Shown: positions 18,242 to 28,639, numbered from the stretch's first letter. The stretch is 64,000 nucleotides of DNA from an uncultured Terriglobales bacterium (GCA_964490255.1 CAZBCQ010000001.1:1535-65534); one strand, 5' to 3'. Notes: generated from the letters alone by a model not told the origin. A program made the numbers and translations.

Positions 18242-21073
18242 ATGACTAAACATCTAACGGCCCTTCTTCTTGTATTGACCCTGAGTCTCTGCGGCACCGC
18301 CGCCCTGTCGCAATCTGCCGCACCGGCCGCGAAGTCCGAGCCTCTGCCCACGATCAAGTATGAGAAGTACAAGCTCAAGAACGGGCTGGAAGTCATCCTC
18401 TCCGAGGATCATCGCCTGCCGCTGGTCGCGGTAAATCTGTGGTACCACGTGGGCCCGGCGAACGAGCGCGAGGGACGCACTGGTTTTGCCCACCTCTTTG
18501 AGCACATGATGTTCGAGGGCTCGAAGCATATTGGCAGCAAGGCGCACTTCCGCTATCTGGAAGGTGCGGGCGCGACCGGAATCAACGGCACCACGAATTT
18601 CGACCGCACCAATTATTTCGAAACCGTGCCGTCGAACCGGCTTGATCTCGCGCTCTGGCTTGAGAGCGATCGTATGGGATACCTGCTCGATACGCTTGAT
18701 GCCGAAAAGCTGGCCAACCAGCGCGACGTCGTCCGCAACGAGCGGCGGCAGAGCATCGAGAATCGGCCCTACGGGTTGGCTGAGGAAGACATCTACCACG
18801 AGCTCTTCCCCAAGGGGCATCCTTACTATCCCGCCGTCATGGGATCGCACGCCGATATCGAAGCCGCCCAGATCGATGACATTCGCCAATTCTCCGAGCT
18901 CTACTACACCCCGAATAATGCCAGCCTCACGATCGTCGGCGATTTCAATCCCGCCACGGTAAAGGCGCAAATCGACAAGTATTTCGGCACGATTCCCGCG
19001 GGTCCTGCGGTGCCTAAGATCGAGGTAAAAGTCCCGGTCATCACCGCTGAAAAACGTGTGACTGTTACGGACGATGTCGAGCTGCCACGCGTCTACATGG
19101 CGTGGATTACACCGTCCATCTACACGCCCGGGGATGCCGAGTCCGACCTGCTAGCCCGGATCCTCGGCGGCGGCAAATCGAGCCGTCTTTATAAGAAGCT
19201 GGTGTACGAACAGCAGATCGCGCAGGACGTCGAAGTTGAGAATGACAGCGAACTGCTCGGCTCGGTGCTGGATATACAGGCGACGGCGAAACCTGGGGTC
19301 ACACCCGAACAGCTTGAGAAAGCCATCAATATCGAACTCGACGAGATCCGTAAGAACGGGCCTACCGAAGCCGAACTGGAGCGCGCGCGCAATTCTATTG
19401 AGTCCGACATTATTCGCAAACTCGAGAATCTCGGTGGATTCGGCGGCGTCTCCGATCGCCTGAACCAGTACAACCACTATCTCGGCAATCCTGGCTACCT
19501 ACCTGAAGATCTGCAGCGCTACAACAAGGCTACAGTCGAGTCGGTTCATCAGTTAGCTGCGCAGCATCTCGAAGACAATCAGCGCGTTGTAATTTATGCC
19601 GTAAAAGGCAAGAAGCAGATTCAGGACGTGCCGAAGAGCCCTGAGTCAAATGAGAAGGTTGCCATTACCGGTCGTATGCCCGATGAGCCATGGCGCAAGG
19701 ACGCTCCCAAACCCGCGGCTCTGGCGAAGTTCACGCTGCCCGCTCCACAAAAAATCGAGCTGAAGAATGGCCTGACCGTGCTGTTGGTTGAGCGCCACAG
19801 CTTGCCGGTGTTTGCTGCTAACCTGGTTGTGCTCGGCGGAGGTGGCGCCAATCCCATCGATCGTCCGGGACTGGCTTCCTTCACCACCTCCATGTTGCAG
19901 GAAGGAACCAAGACCCGACCCGCGTTGACGCTGGCAGACAACATCGATCAGATCGGCGCGGTTATCAGCACCGAGAGCAACTACGACTACTCGTCGGTGA
20001 GCATTCGCGCGCTGTCTACCAATGCGGCGCCCGCATTTGATCTGCTCTCCGACATGGCCCTGCATCCCGCGTTTGATCCGAAGGATGTAGACCGCGTCCG
20101 CAACGAGCGCATTACCGAGATACTCCAGCAGAAGGATAGTGCCCGCATGCTGGTGACCAAAGCTGCGAATCGCGTCGTCTATGGCGACAAGCATCCCTAT
20201 GGCTACCTGACTACCGGAACCGACACCTCCAACAAAGACATATCGCGTGACGATCTAGTCTCGTTCTGGAAGACTACATTTGTTCCGGGCAATGCTGCGC
20301 TGGTTCTAACAGGCGATCTTACGCCCGCACAGGCGCGCTCTCTCGCTGAGAAATACTTCGGCGGATGGACCGGGTCTGGCAAGAAACAGGTTCCACCGCC
20401 CATCGATACCAAGTTGGCAAAAGGATTGGTCATTATGGATAAGCCCGATGCGCCTCAGACCGAAGTTCGTGTCGTCGGTCTCGGCGTACCTCGCAGCTCG
20501 CCTGACTATGTTCCTTTGCAAGTAATGAATACCGCCCTTGGCGGCCTGTTTTCCAGCCGCATCAACATGAACCTCCGCGAAAAGCACGGCTACACCTACG
20601 GCGCGTTCTCGCGGTTTGAATTCCGCCGTGAGCCGGGACTGTTCGCCGCGGGTGGCGGCATACGAGCCAATGTGACCGCGCCCGCCGTCAGCGAATTGCT
20701 GAAGGAAATCAATGCCATTCAGCAGAGCCCTATCTCACCCGATGAACTGACACTGGCGAAGAATGCCTTTGCGCTCTCTCTGGCTGGTCGCTTTGAAACC
20801 TCGCCGCAGACGGCGCTGATCATGGGCGACCTTTTTGCGTACGATCTGCCGCTCGACTACTACCGAACGCTGCCGGCAAAGATTGAAGCCGTCACTGCGC
20901 CGGAAGTGGAAACTATGGCAAAGAAGTATCTGGTGCCGGCGAACATGGCGGTGGTCGCGGTCGGTGATCGCGCCAAGATCGAACCGGAGTTGGTCAAGCT
21001 TGACATCGGACCCGTGGAACATATGGACTACGCCGCGAACCCCGTAAAGGCAGACAGCGCAGCCGCAAAGTAA
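18242..21073 (+). CDS. Secreted M16 (pitrilysin/insulinase) family zinc peptidase, fused double-module form
   Basis: 943 aa with a signal peptide, the inverted zinc motif HxxEH (AHLFEHMMFEG) in the first half and an M16 inactive-type module in the second half. Confidence 0.92.
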   Translation: MTKHLTALLLVLTLSLCGTAALSQSAAPAAKSEPLPTIKYEKYKLKNGLEVILSEDHRLPLVAVNLWYHVGPANEREGRTGFAHLFEHMMFEGSKHIGSKAHFRYLEGAGATGINGTTNFDRTNYFETVPSNRLDLALWLESDRMGYLLDTLDAEKLANQRDVVRNERRQSIENRPYGLAEEDIYHELFPKGHPYYPAVMGSHADIEAAQIDDIRQFSELYYTPNNASLTIVGDFNPATVKAQIDKYFGTIPAGPAVPKIEVKVPVITAEKRVTVTDDVELPRVYMAWITPSIYTPGDAESDLLARILGGGKSSRLYKKLVYEQQIAQDVEVENDSELLGSVLDIQATAKPGVTPEQLEKAINIELDEIRKNGPTEAELERARNSIESDIIRKLENLGGFGGVSDRLNQYNHYLGNPGYLPEDLQRYNKATVESVHQLAAQHLEDNQRVVIYAVKGKKQIQDVPKSPESNEKVAITGRMPDEPWRKDAPKPAALAKFTLPAPQKIELKNGLTVLLVERHSLPVFAANLVVLGGGGANPIDRPGLASFTTSMLQEGTKTRPALTLADNIDQIGAVISTESNYDYSSVSIRALSTNAAPAFDLLSDMALHPAFDPKDVDRVRNERITEILQQKDSARMLVTKAANRVVYGDKHPYGYLTTGTDTSNKDISRDDLVSFWKTTFVPGNAALVLTGDLTPAQARSLAEKYFGGWTGSGKKQVPPPIDTKLAKGLVIMDKPDAPQTEVRVVGLGVPRSSPDYVPLQVMNTALGGLFSSRINMNLREKHGYTYGAFSRFEFRREPGLFAAGGGIRANVTAPAVSELLKEINAIQQSPISPDELTLAKNAFALSLAGRFETSPQTALIMGDLFAYDLPLDYYRTLPAKIEAVTAPEVETMAKKYLVPANMAVVAVGDRAKIEPELVKLDIGPVEHMDYAANPVKADSAAAK

Positions 21074-21099
21074 GTACAAAGTGAGAAGTTCGAAGTGGA

Positions 21100-21130
21100 G
21101 CCCGCTCGCCCCCGAGCGGGCTTCTGCTTA
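21100..21130 (+). terminator. Intrinsic terminator after the M16 peptidase gene
   Basis: gcccgctcg (21100-21108) pairs with cgagcgggc (21113-21121) across a 4-nt loop, followed by ttctgctt. Confidence 0.7.
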
Positions 21131-21210
21131 TCATCACGAGCGCGCAGAACGGGCGAGGGATCTGCAATTGGTTTGTGTGTACAGGCGATCCCGCCTATCA
21201 GCTGCCGCCG

Positions 21211-23136
21211 CTACTTTGACGGCGCGCTGCCCTGATTATCCGTCGGCACCTTCGGTTTCTCAGTAGCCTCAGTCGCAAAAAGCATGAAGTGGTCGAAGCT
21301 TTCGCTGCGATGGAATCGTGCCTTGCCGAGATGTACGTACAGCTCTGCAGTCTTTGGCAGCCAAAGCTCGGCATTGTTTTTCTTGAATTGAACTGGGCCG
21401 TAACTGACGCTCGTGTGTTCGGTCATGAGCCGAACATCAGGAATTCCCTTCACGAGATCGGTTTCCATATGAGCGATCTGGAAGCTGTCAGCCAAAATCC
21501 AGGCGCGTCCTTTGAGATTTACCGGATAGCCGACCTTATTTACAACGTAAGAGCGGAGTCGGCTGGGTTTTGCGTCAGACTGTCGGAAGTGAACCAGCCA
21601 TGCTGGCTGTCCCTGCCAATCGCCGAGGCCTTCGCAACGCATGTCGAAATCGTCGCGGAAGAGTGGATGAAATGCGATTGCCAGTGCCGGCAGGCCAGTC
21701 GTCGTAATCTTGTCCGGCATCTCCAAGTTTCCGGCATCGCGGTACTCCTGAATGAGCAGCATGCCTTTATCGGATTCACTGATGGACGCGATGTAATTGA
21801 ATTGCCGGGTCTGACGGGTCCTGGGAGTTCCTTGCGGCGAAATGTTTTCGTGAACCATGTGTTCGATCGCCGCGAACTGAGAAATGCTACCGACCAACTC
21901 CTTTGATCGGGTGCCAGTTTCATCCAGAATATTGGCGGGACATTGCACTCCCGCGACGAGTGACGGCTGCTGCGAATCTACATCGGAAGGCATGCCGGCA
22001 TTTCCCGCGTCATCGCCAGCCAACAGTTCCGGATCGCCGATTTCAGGGTTTTTGTCCGCATCGGTTGATTTCGCGAGCCGCGAAATCATTTCCCGTATTT
22101 GGGGAGCGACTGAACTGTGTGGATCTCCGTCAAGGTAAGCGGTCAGCACCTGGATGGCATCCTCGCGCTTGCCCAATCCCGCCAGCGCTTGTCCAAGAAC
22201 GAGTCGCGCCGAGGATCCCTCGCTTCCGCCGTGATCTACCATCCATTGCGCGTGCTCGCGAGCCTTCTCGAACTGGTTCAGCTTCAGATACGAATTTGCG
22301 AGTACCTTGCGGGCACTCAGCGACTCGCCGCTGCTCGCAACCACGATCTCTTCTTCTTCCGCAGCGTGAGTGTAATCAGCACGGCGGTAATACAGTTGTC
22401 CAAGTAGATTTCGCGCCTGCAAATTCTTCGGATCCAGCTTTGTCGCTGTGGTCAGGTAATTCAGTTCACCGTTCTCATCTTTTTGCTGGAGCGCCAGGTA
22501 TCCGAGCAGGAAGTTAATCGAGGAGCTGGATGGAAAACGATGATTCGCCGATTCCAGATACTTGCGCGCTTCGACGTAGTTTGACAGCTCCAGAGCTTGC
22601 AAACCCCTCTCAGCTTCTTTGCGAGCCTTCGCCGGAAGCTGTCCTGCGTCGGTCAAACGGATGTCGACCGCGACCGGGTCGCGCACCAGGGTCACGTTTT
22701 CGTTCAAATCATGGCTGATATCCGGGACCGCGATCTGCGCATGCCATCCCAGATAACCAACCGCCCCAACCTCAATCAGGTATTTTGCGGCGGGGACATC
22801 TAAAAACGCCGTTTCCGAGCCATTCGTCGTCTGAAAATAGACCCTCCCGTTCTCTTCGCCAGTCAGCCTGACCAATGCCTGGCCCATCAATGGCTTCTTA
22901 TTCTCATCGAGAACGGTGACATGAATGACAACCCCAGTGCGGGATGGCGCCGGCGTACCCAAGGGGGTAGATGCCATCGGCGTCCCAATGCCCTGGGCGC
23001 TCGAATGTTGGACTGACAGGACAATGCTCAGCGAAAGTGTGAGGACTGCAGCGAGCAGACCGAATCGATTCCGCGAACAGCGGAGCGAACCTTGCGGCGT
23101 CTGATCGCAATGGGCCGAAGTGGTGTGGGTCTTCAC
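21211..23136 (-). CDS. Membrane-anchored/secreted protein with CarboxypepD_reg-like, TPR and unknown C-terminal domains
   Basis: 641 aa with an N-terminal hydrophobic segment (FGLLAAVLTLSLSIVLSV) and a beta-sandwich (VVIHVTVLDENKKPLMGQALVRL...YLIEVGAVGY). TPR-like helices follow (YVEARKYLESA..., ARNLLGQLYYRRADY...). The C-terminal ~230 aa are unassigned. Confidence 0.75.
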   Translation of the reverse strand: MKTHTTSAHCDQTPQGSLRCSRNRFGLLAAVLTLSLSIVLSVQHSSAQGIGTPMASTPLGTPAPSRTGVVIHVTVLDENKKPLMGQALVRLTGEENGRVYFQTTNGSETAFLDVPAAKYLIEVGAVGYLGWHAQIAVPDISHDLNENVTLVRDPVAVDIRLTDAGQLPAKARKEAERGLQALELSNYVEARKYLESANHRFPSSSSINFLLGYLALQQKDENGELNYLTTATKLDPKNLQARNLLGQLYYRRADYTHAAEEEEIVVASSGESLSARKVLANSYLKLNQFEKAREHAQWMVDHGGSEGSSARLVLGQALAGLGKREDAIQVLTAYLDGDPHSSVAPQIREMISRLAKSTDADKNPEIGDPELLAGDDAGNAGMPSDVDSQQPSLVAGVQCPANILDETGTRSKELVGSISQFAAIEHMVHENISPQGTPRTRQTRQFNYIASISESDKGMLLIQEYRDAGNLEMPDKITTTGLPALAIAFHPLFRDDFDMRCEGLGDWQGQPAWLVHFRQSDAKPSRLRSYVVNKVGYPVNLKGRAWILADSFQIAHMETDLVKGIPDVRLMTEHTSVSYGPVQFKKNNAELWLPKTAELYVHLGKARFHRSESFDHFMLFATEATEKPKVPTDNQGSAPSK

Positions 23137-23617
23137 GACGTCCAGAATAGTACAAACGTCAGAAGGCCTCGCCTGAATTTCAAAACACGAGCAGAAGTTC
23201 GGAATGATTGAGCGCGTCGTCCACTCTCATCCATAAGTTGTCAAGGCCCTGTGCCTGCCAGAAATTCACCCAAGCGCATCATTCCAGAGAAGATATAAAT
23301 CTCGCGAAAGTGTCCGGTAGGTCCCCCTCAATTTGTCACAATTAAGACAGGAGTAGAGCTCAAGAAGCGCAGGTCGGAAGACAGTCGTATTTCTTTGTGA
23401 CTTCATCAGAGTAAGTCCTTTCAAGCAACTCCCTTGTTTTCAGGACTTTGAGCCTTAAGTCTTTTCCTCTGAGGAGTTTACGAGACAGTGTTTTTGTTAA
23501 CTCACTGAAAAAACCATACTTAGTGTGCTGCAAAACGTGTATATACCAGGCTAGCCATTCATCCGACTCGGAGGGCTAGGGTTCCACTCGTGCGCAAGCA
23601 CAAGTGAAGCGCTGTAA

Positions 23618-25249
23618 TTACAAATGCACCGCCCTCGCCACCGTCATCGCGGGAATTTTTTGCAAATCCGTGAGCACTGCGTCCGGCACCCGTCCATCGA
23701 CCTGGACGACTGCAACCGCCAACGCCGGTTCCGAAGCTTGGCCGTTTCCAGCTGCGGCCGCCTGGGCTGCATTTTCTCCGCGTCCCAGCGAGAAATTCGC
23801 AATGTTGATCTTGTGCTCGCCCAGGATCGTGCCCACTTGCCCAACGACGCCCGGAACATCGCGGTTGCGCAGGTAGAGCAGATCGTTCTCGAGTGGCGCT
23901 TCGATGTCGATGCCCTCGATGCTCAGCAGGCGCGACAATCGCCCGTGCAGCACGGTGCCGGAAATCGAATGCTCGCCGCCATCGCCCTTCAGGGTAATGG
24001 TGATGACGTCACCTGCACCGCTAGCCGGCTTATCTTTGGTATATTCGCGGATCTTCACGCCGCGCGAATCGGCAATCGAGTTGGCGTTGATCAGGTTCGT
24101 GCCTTCGGCGCCAATCGAGTTCAGCACGCCCATCACGCCGGAGTTGCGAATCAGCTGCGTCTTCCATCCCGCGAGCCGTCCGGTGTAGCGCAGATGAATT
24201 TCGTTCAAATTGCCTTTGAGTTCGACGGCCTGCGCAAGGAAGGAACCGAGCCTTTCCGCCAGTACCAGGAACGGATGCATGTCCACGTACTCTTCGTAGC
24301 TGACGGAAGGGACGTTCACCGCGTTCTGAATGACGCCGCGCGCCAGGTATTCCTTCACTTGCTGCGCGATCTGCACGCCTACGGCTTCCTGCGCTTCTTT
24401 CGTCGAACCGGCGATATGTGGCGTCGCAATGACATTCTCCAGCGCGAGCAACGGAGAATCCTTCGCTGGCGGCTCGGGCGCGAAGACATCCAATGCCGCT
24501 CCACCAATGTGTCCGGACTTAAGCGCCTCTGCGAGAGCCGCTTCGTTGATCAACTCGCCGCGCGCGCAGTTGATGATGCGCACGCCCTTCTTCATCTTCG
24601 AGAGCGACTCGGCGTTGATCATGCCGCGCGTCTGAGGCGTGAGCGCCAGGTGCAGGCTGAGGTAATCGACCATCGGATAGAGATCATCGAGCGTCTTCAA
24701 CTCAACGGCCTTTTCGCGTGCCAGCTCGGTCGAAATATACGGATCGTGCGCAACGACTTTCATACCGAACGCTTGCGCGCGCGTTACCACTTCCATGCCG
24801 ATGCGACCGAGGCCAATCACACCGAGCGTCTTGCCGCGCAACTCGGTACCTTCTAGGGATTTCTTCTCCCACTTGCCTGCCTTTGTGGTTTCGTTCGCGC
24901 GCGGAAGATGTCGCGCCAGGCACAGCATCATCCCGATCGTTTGTTCCGCAACGGCGACGGCGTTTGCGCCCGGCGTGTTCATCACCGCGATGCCTTTGCG
25001 CGTAGCCGCCGGCAGCTCGATGTTGTCCACACCGATTCCAGCGCGGCCGATAACGCGCAGCCTTTGCGCATGCTCGAGCAGAGCGCCCGTAACCTTCACC
25101 GCCGAGCGCACAATTAGCGCGTCAGCATCGTTGAGTTCATCAGCAAGCCGCGTACCGACCTGATCGGCCGTAAGTACGGTCCAGCTCGGCTCATCTTTGA
25201 AGACAGCGATAGTTGCGGGAGAAACCTTTTCGGCAAGTATGATTTTCAT
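23618..25249 (-). CDS. serA: D-3-phosphoglycerate dehydrogenase (long form with ASB and ACT domains)
   Basis: 543 aa with the NAD-binding GxGxxG (GVIGLGRIG), catalytic-region motifs (INCARG..., ALDVF..EP, TPHIAGST) and a C-terminal regulatory domain. Confidence 0.95.
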   Translation of the reverse strand: MKIILAEKVSPATIAVFKDEPSWTVLTADQVGTRLADELNDADALIVRSAVKVTGALLEHAQRLRVIGRAGIGVDNIELPAATRKGIAVMNTPGANAVAVAEQTIGMMLCLARHLPRANETTKAGKWEKKSLEGTELRGKTLGVIGLGRIGMEVVTRAQAFGMKVVAHDPYISTELAREKAVELKTLDDLYPMVDYLSLHLALTPQTRGMINAESLSKMKKGVRIINCARGELINEAALAEALKSGHIGGAALDVFAPEPPAKDSPLLALENVIATPHIAGSTKEAQEAVGVQIAQQVKEYLARGVIQNAVNVPSVSYEEYVDMHPFLVLAERLGSFLAQAVELKGNLNEIHLRYTGRLAGWKTQLIRNSGVMGVLNSIGAEGTNLINANSIADSRGVKIREYTKDKPASGAGDVITITLKGDGGEHSISGTVLHGRLSRLLSIEGIDIEAPLENDLLYLRNRDVPGVVGQVGTILGEHKINIANFSLGRGENAAQAAAAGNGQASEPALAVAVVQVDGRVPDAVLTDLQKIPAMTVARAVHL

Positions 25250-25272
25250 AAAAACCTGTTCTCAAGAAGAAT

Positions 25273-25340
25273 CCACCACGGAGACACAGAGACACGGAGG
25301 AATTCGGGTTTAACTTCTGATTTCTCCGTGCCTCCGTGGT
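25273..25340 (-). other. Two-tier imperfect hairpin in the aminotransferase-serA intercistronic spacer
   Basis: accacggag (25275-25283) pairs with ctccgtggt (25332-25340). cacggag (25294-25300) pairs with ctccgtg (25324-25330). Confidence 0.4.
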
Positions 25341-25349
25341 AAAAGGGTT

Positions 25350-26540
25350 TTAAGCCGTTACCAGCGCACGCTTTTCTGTCCGGCTCGCCGCGTACACTTC
25401 CTGCGCGGCTCGAACTGCACTGCCGAAATTCACCTTCTCCGGCTGCAATTCCGCCATGATCTGTTCCAGCGCCGCAATAATCGCGATCGTGTCGAGATAG
25501 TCGTAATAGCCGAGGTGCGCGATGCGGATCATCTTCCCTTTCATCTCGCCCTGGCCATTCGCCACAACCGCGCCGAATTCATCGCGGAAGCGCTTTACGA
25601 TTTCGCTCGAATCCATTCCGCCCGGCGAGAGAATCGCGCTGACTGCTGCTGCTGGCGCATGTGGCGCGAACAGCTTCAGTCCGAGTGCTTCGGCGCCCGC
25701 ACGAGTCATCGCCGCGGCGAGTTCCGCGTTGTTCACCAGGACTTCGCGGCCTTTCGCCAGATCGCCTTTGCCGGATTCGCGAATGTAGTCGAGTGCAGCT
25801 CCGAGCGCGGCGATCAGCGCAGTGGCTGGCGTATACGCCGACTCGCCTTTGGCCGCCGACTTACGCTCCTTGCGCAGATCGAAGTAGTACTTCGGCTGCT
25901 TCGATGTCTCCATACGCTTCCACGCCTTTTCACTGACGGCGCAGAATGCGAGACCTGGAGGAATCATGACGGCCTTCTGCGAACCACCAATGATGATGTC
26001 GACACCCCAGGCGTCTACATCAAAGTGCGTTGTGCCTAGACCGGTGATTGCGTCCACGACCAGCAGGGTGTCCGTTCCCCTCAGCAGATGAGCGATCGCC
26101 TTCACATCGTGGCGAGCGCCTGTAGAGGTCTCGGTTCCCTGCATGTAGACCACGCGAGTATCGGGCTTCAGCGCCGAACGCACTGCTTCGAGCGAGAATG
26201 TCTCGCCATAAGGCGCGCTGACTTCGTCGATCGTGCAACCATACGCTTTGGCCAGCGCGGTCCAGCGCTCGCCAAATTTGCCGGCCGAAAGCACCAGCAC
26301 GCGATCGCCTGGCGAAGTCAGGTTCGCGACCGACGCTTCCATGGCGCCCGTGCCCGATGCGGCCATCAGGATCACATCCTTTTGAGTGCCGACGAAGACC
26401 TTCAGGTCGGCGAGAACCCGCTGATAGAGAGCCCGGAAGTCAGCGGTACGGTGGTGGACATTTGCGGCCGCCATCGCGAACTGTGCCGCTGGCAGCAGTT
26501 GCGTCGGCCCAGGAGTATAAAGACGATTCTTACGAAGCAT
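25350..26540 (-). CDS. Class V pyridoxal-phosphate aminotransferase (serine-glyoxylate / phosphoserine aminotransferase-type)
   Basis: 396 aa with the class V fold pattern (SGTGAMEA..., VDAITGLG..., GGSQKAVMIPPGL with the PLP Lys). Adjacency to serA suggests a role in serine biosynthesis. Confidence 0.88.
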   Translation of the reverse strand: MLRKNRLYTPGPTQLLPAAQFAMAAANVHHRTADFRALYQRVLADLKVFVGTQKDVILMAASGTGAMEASVANLTSPGDRVLVLSAGKFGERWTALAKAYGCTIDEVSAPYGETFSLEAVRSALKPDTRVVYMQGTETSTGARHDVKAIAHLLRGTDTLLVVDAITGLGTTHFDVDAWGVDIIIGGSQKAVMIPPGLAFCAVSEKAWKRMETSKQPKYYFDLRKERKSAAKGESAYTPATALIAALGAALDYIRESGKGDLAKGREVLVNNAELAAAMTRAGAEALGLKLFAPHAPAAAVSAILSPGGMDSSEIVKRFRDEFGAVVANGQGEMKGKMIRIAHLGYYDYLDTIAIIAALEQIMAELQPEKVNFGSAVRAAQEVYAASRTEKRALVTA

Positions 26541-26660
26541 ATGTGATGGTACTACGCCGACGCGCTCTCCCGCATTAAGAGAGCACGTCTATAATTGCAA
26601 GTTACGCCGTCATAAGCTGCAGTAATCAGTGCTTCGAACGACCGTTCGACGGAGCGACCC

Positions 26661-27113
26661 ATGAGCATTTCTGAGCAGATCACAAAAGATATGACCGCGG
26701 CGATGAAAGCCCGCGAGGAACTGAGGCTTTCGACGCTTCGCATGATGAAGAGCGCAATCAAGAACAAAGAGATCGAGAAGCGCTCGCCGCTCGACGACAA
26801 AGAGGCTCTCCAGGTCCTGAGCACGATGATCAAGCAGCGCAAGGACTCAATCGAACAGTTCACTAAGGGCGGACGACAGGAGCTCGCCGACAAAGAAGCG
26901 TCCGAGATCGCGATTATCGAAACTTACATGCCGAAGGCAGTTGGCGAAGAAGAGATCATCGCCGCAGTCCGCGCCACGATAGCGGAGATGGGTTCTCCAA
27001 CGATGAAGGACATGGGTACGGTCATGAAGAACACCATGGCGAAATTCGCGGGGGCGCGCGTCGATGGCAAGATTGTCAGCGAAGCGGTGAAAAAGGAATT
27101 GGCGGGAAAATAA
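26661..27113 (+). CDS. GatB/YqeY domain-containing protein
   Basis: 150 aa (MSISEQITKDMTAAMKAREELRLSTLRMMKSAIKNKEIE...) that is typical of the YqeY family. Confidence 0.9.
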   Translation: MSISEQITKDMTAAMKAREELRLSTLRMMKSAIKNKEIEKRSPLDDKEALQVLSTMIKQRKDSIEQFTKGGRQELADKEASEIAIIETYMPKAVGEEEIIAAVRATIAEMGSPTMKDMGTVMKNTMAKFAGARVDGKIVSEAVKKELAGK

Positions 27114-27335
27114 TCTAATCTCGGACTGCTCATGTCGCCATTCGATTGATTCTGTTCGTTCATCTCACTTTGAGCCGCAGCCTCCGATTTTCCCGCTACC
27201 AGCCTTGTGTTTCCTCATCTACATAGGCGAGTAAAAAAGAGAAACGAACGGCGCCTCCAAAGCGCTGCGGAACGCGAAACAGCAGTCTCCAGCGCAACCG
27301 TTCGGAGCCGAGAAACCGGCCCGGGAGGTGCGTAC

Positions 27336-27545
27336 ATGAAGACTCGCCTGAAAATTCTGATTAGCGCCGCGGTAATTCTGTTGAGCCTGGGAACGCTCAG
27401 CTGGTGCTTCCACTGGATGAACCAACCCAGCGACTTCGGGTTCTACGCGGGCGCGCTCGGTGCTTTGTCGGTGCTGGTCCTGGTTCCAGCCGTAGTGGCT
27501 GCGATCTGGCGTGGGGGCCGAGAGCGCTCTCCTCGACGCCCTTAA
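27336..27545 (+). CDS. Small two-helix membrane protein (hypothetical)
   Basis: ATG 27336 follows GGGAGG. The 69-aa product has two hydrophobic helices. The longer track ORF (from 27207) has an implausible basic leader. Confidence 0.5.
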   Translation: MKTRLKILISAAVILLSLGTLSWCFHWMNQPSDFGFYAGALGALSVLVLVPAVVAAIWRGGRERSPRRP

Positions 27546-27634
27546 AGAACAACTCATAACCGCGTTAGCGGAAGCCGCAATCGACGTGTGTTTGCGAACG
27601 GCATGATCACGCATTGGCGTGGGGAGGAAGAACT

Positions 27635-28630
27635 ATGAAACCAATCACTCTGAATTCAACCATGGATGATGTTCGCAGCGGGATCGGCTTTGGCATTCGC
27701 GCTGCGCTGGTCGGGGTCGGCGTAGTGATCGCCGCGATTGTTCTGTTCAATGTGGCGCGTGCGACGCGCATTGCTGCGGGCTTCGTCGGCGTTGAGGTAA
27801 ACCTTGCTGGTAGCCAACGTGGCGCTCAGGATATTCCTGTTCGCACCGGATGGGTGTTCTACAGTCCGCTGAAGACGCAGATCATCCAATTCCCGACTTT
27901 CGTGCAAACGGTGAAGTGGACCGCTGACACGAATGAAGGTCATCCGGTCAACGAGGAGCTTATTTTCAACTCCAAAGAAGGACAGGAAGTGCGTGCGGAT
28001 GTTTCAGTGTCGTATGCGATCGATCCGCTCAGGGTGCCTGACTTCTACGTGAAATATCGCGCCGATGATCTGGAGAAGTTCACGCACGGCATTCTGAAGG
28101 ACATCGTGCGCAACTCGCTGAATGAGGTCGCGTCGACGTATACGTTGGAGGATATCTATGGCGAAAACAAAGCGCGGTTCCTGACCGAAGCGAGAGATCG
28201 CGTGCAAGCGCAGGTCGCACCGGTTGGGGTGGAGATCCAGCAGTTCGGATTTATCGGCAAGCCACGGTTCACAGCTGCGATCGAGCAGGCGATCACGCAG
28301 AAGACGCAAGCGATTACCGAAGCCGAACGTGCGCGTAACCAGTTGGCGGTCACGCAGGCGGAGATGGCGAAGACTGTCGCCGAAGCCGAGGGCGAAGCAA
28401 AGAGCCAGATCGAGCGTGCGCGTGGTGAAGCACAGAGCGCCATCGAACGTGCCCGCGGCGAGGCGGAAGCAAACCGTTTGCGCCAGGCGTCGATCACCCC
28501 ACAGTTGCTGGAGTGGCGTCGTCTGGAAAACGAACGTGCTCGGATCGATGCGTGGGATGGTCAGTTACCGCGGACCATCATTACAACGAAGCCAAACATG
28601 CTTCTGCAGCTTCCTAACGAGGCTCAGTAA
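27635..28630 (+). CDS. SPFH/band-7 (prohibitin-like) family membrane protein
   Basis: ATG 27635 follows GGAGG. The protein has an N-terminal TM helix, an SPFH core and a C-terminal coiled coil with the repeated AEGEAKSQIERARGEAQSAIERARGEAEA. Confidence 0.9.
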   Translation: MKPITLNSTMDDVRSGIGFGIRAALVGVGVVIAAIVLFNVARATRIAAGFVGVEVNLAGSQRGAQDIPVRTGWVFYSPLKTQIIQFPTFVQTVKWTADTNEGHPVNEELIFNSKEGQEVRADVSVSYAIDPLRVPDFYVKYRADDLEKFTHGILKDIVRNSLNEVASTYTLEDIYGENKARFLTEARDRVQAQVAPVGVEIQQFGFIGKPRFTAAIEQAITQKTQAITEAERARNQLAVTQAEMAKTVAEAEGEAKSQIERARGEAQSAIERARGEAEANRLRQASITPQLLEWRRLENERARIDAWDGQLPRTIITTKPNMLLQLPNEAQ

Positions 28631-28639
28631 GCGAAACAG

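Noticed and set aside
23624-24856. Long antisense ORFs opposite well-supported genes. Examples are 23624..24856 opposite serA, 58435..59892 and 59917..60681 opposite acnA, 18254..18970 opposite the M16 peptidase, 45024..45635 and 46062..46595 opposite the TPR gene, and 12664..13299 opposite gatB.
   Set aside because: Their translations are Arg/Ala/Gly/His-rich with no recognisable motifs. This is typical of shadow ORFs in high-GC DNA, and the opposite-strand genes have unambiguous family signatures.
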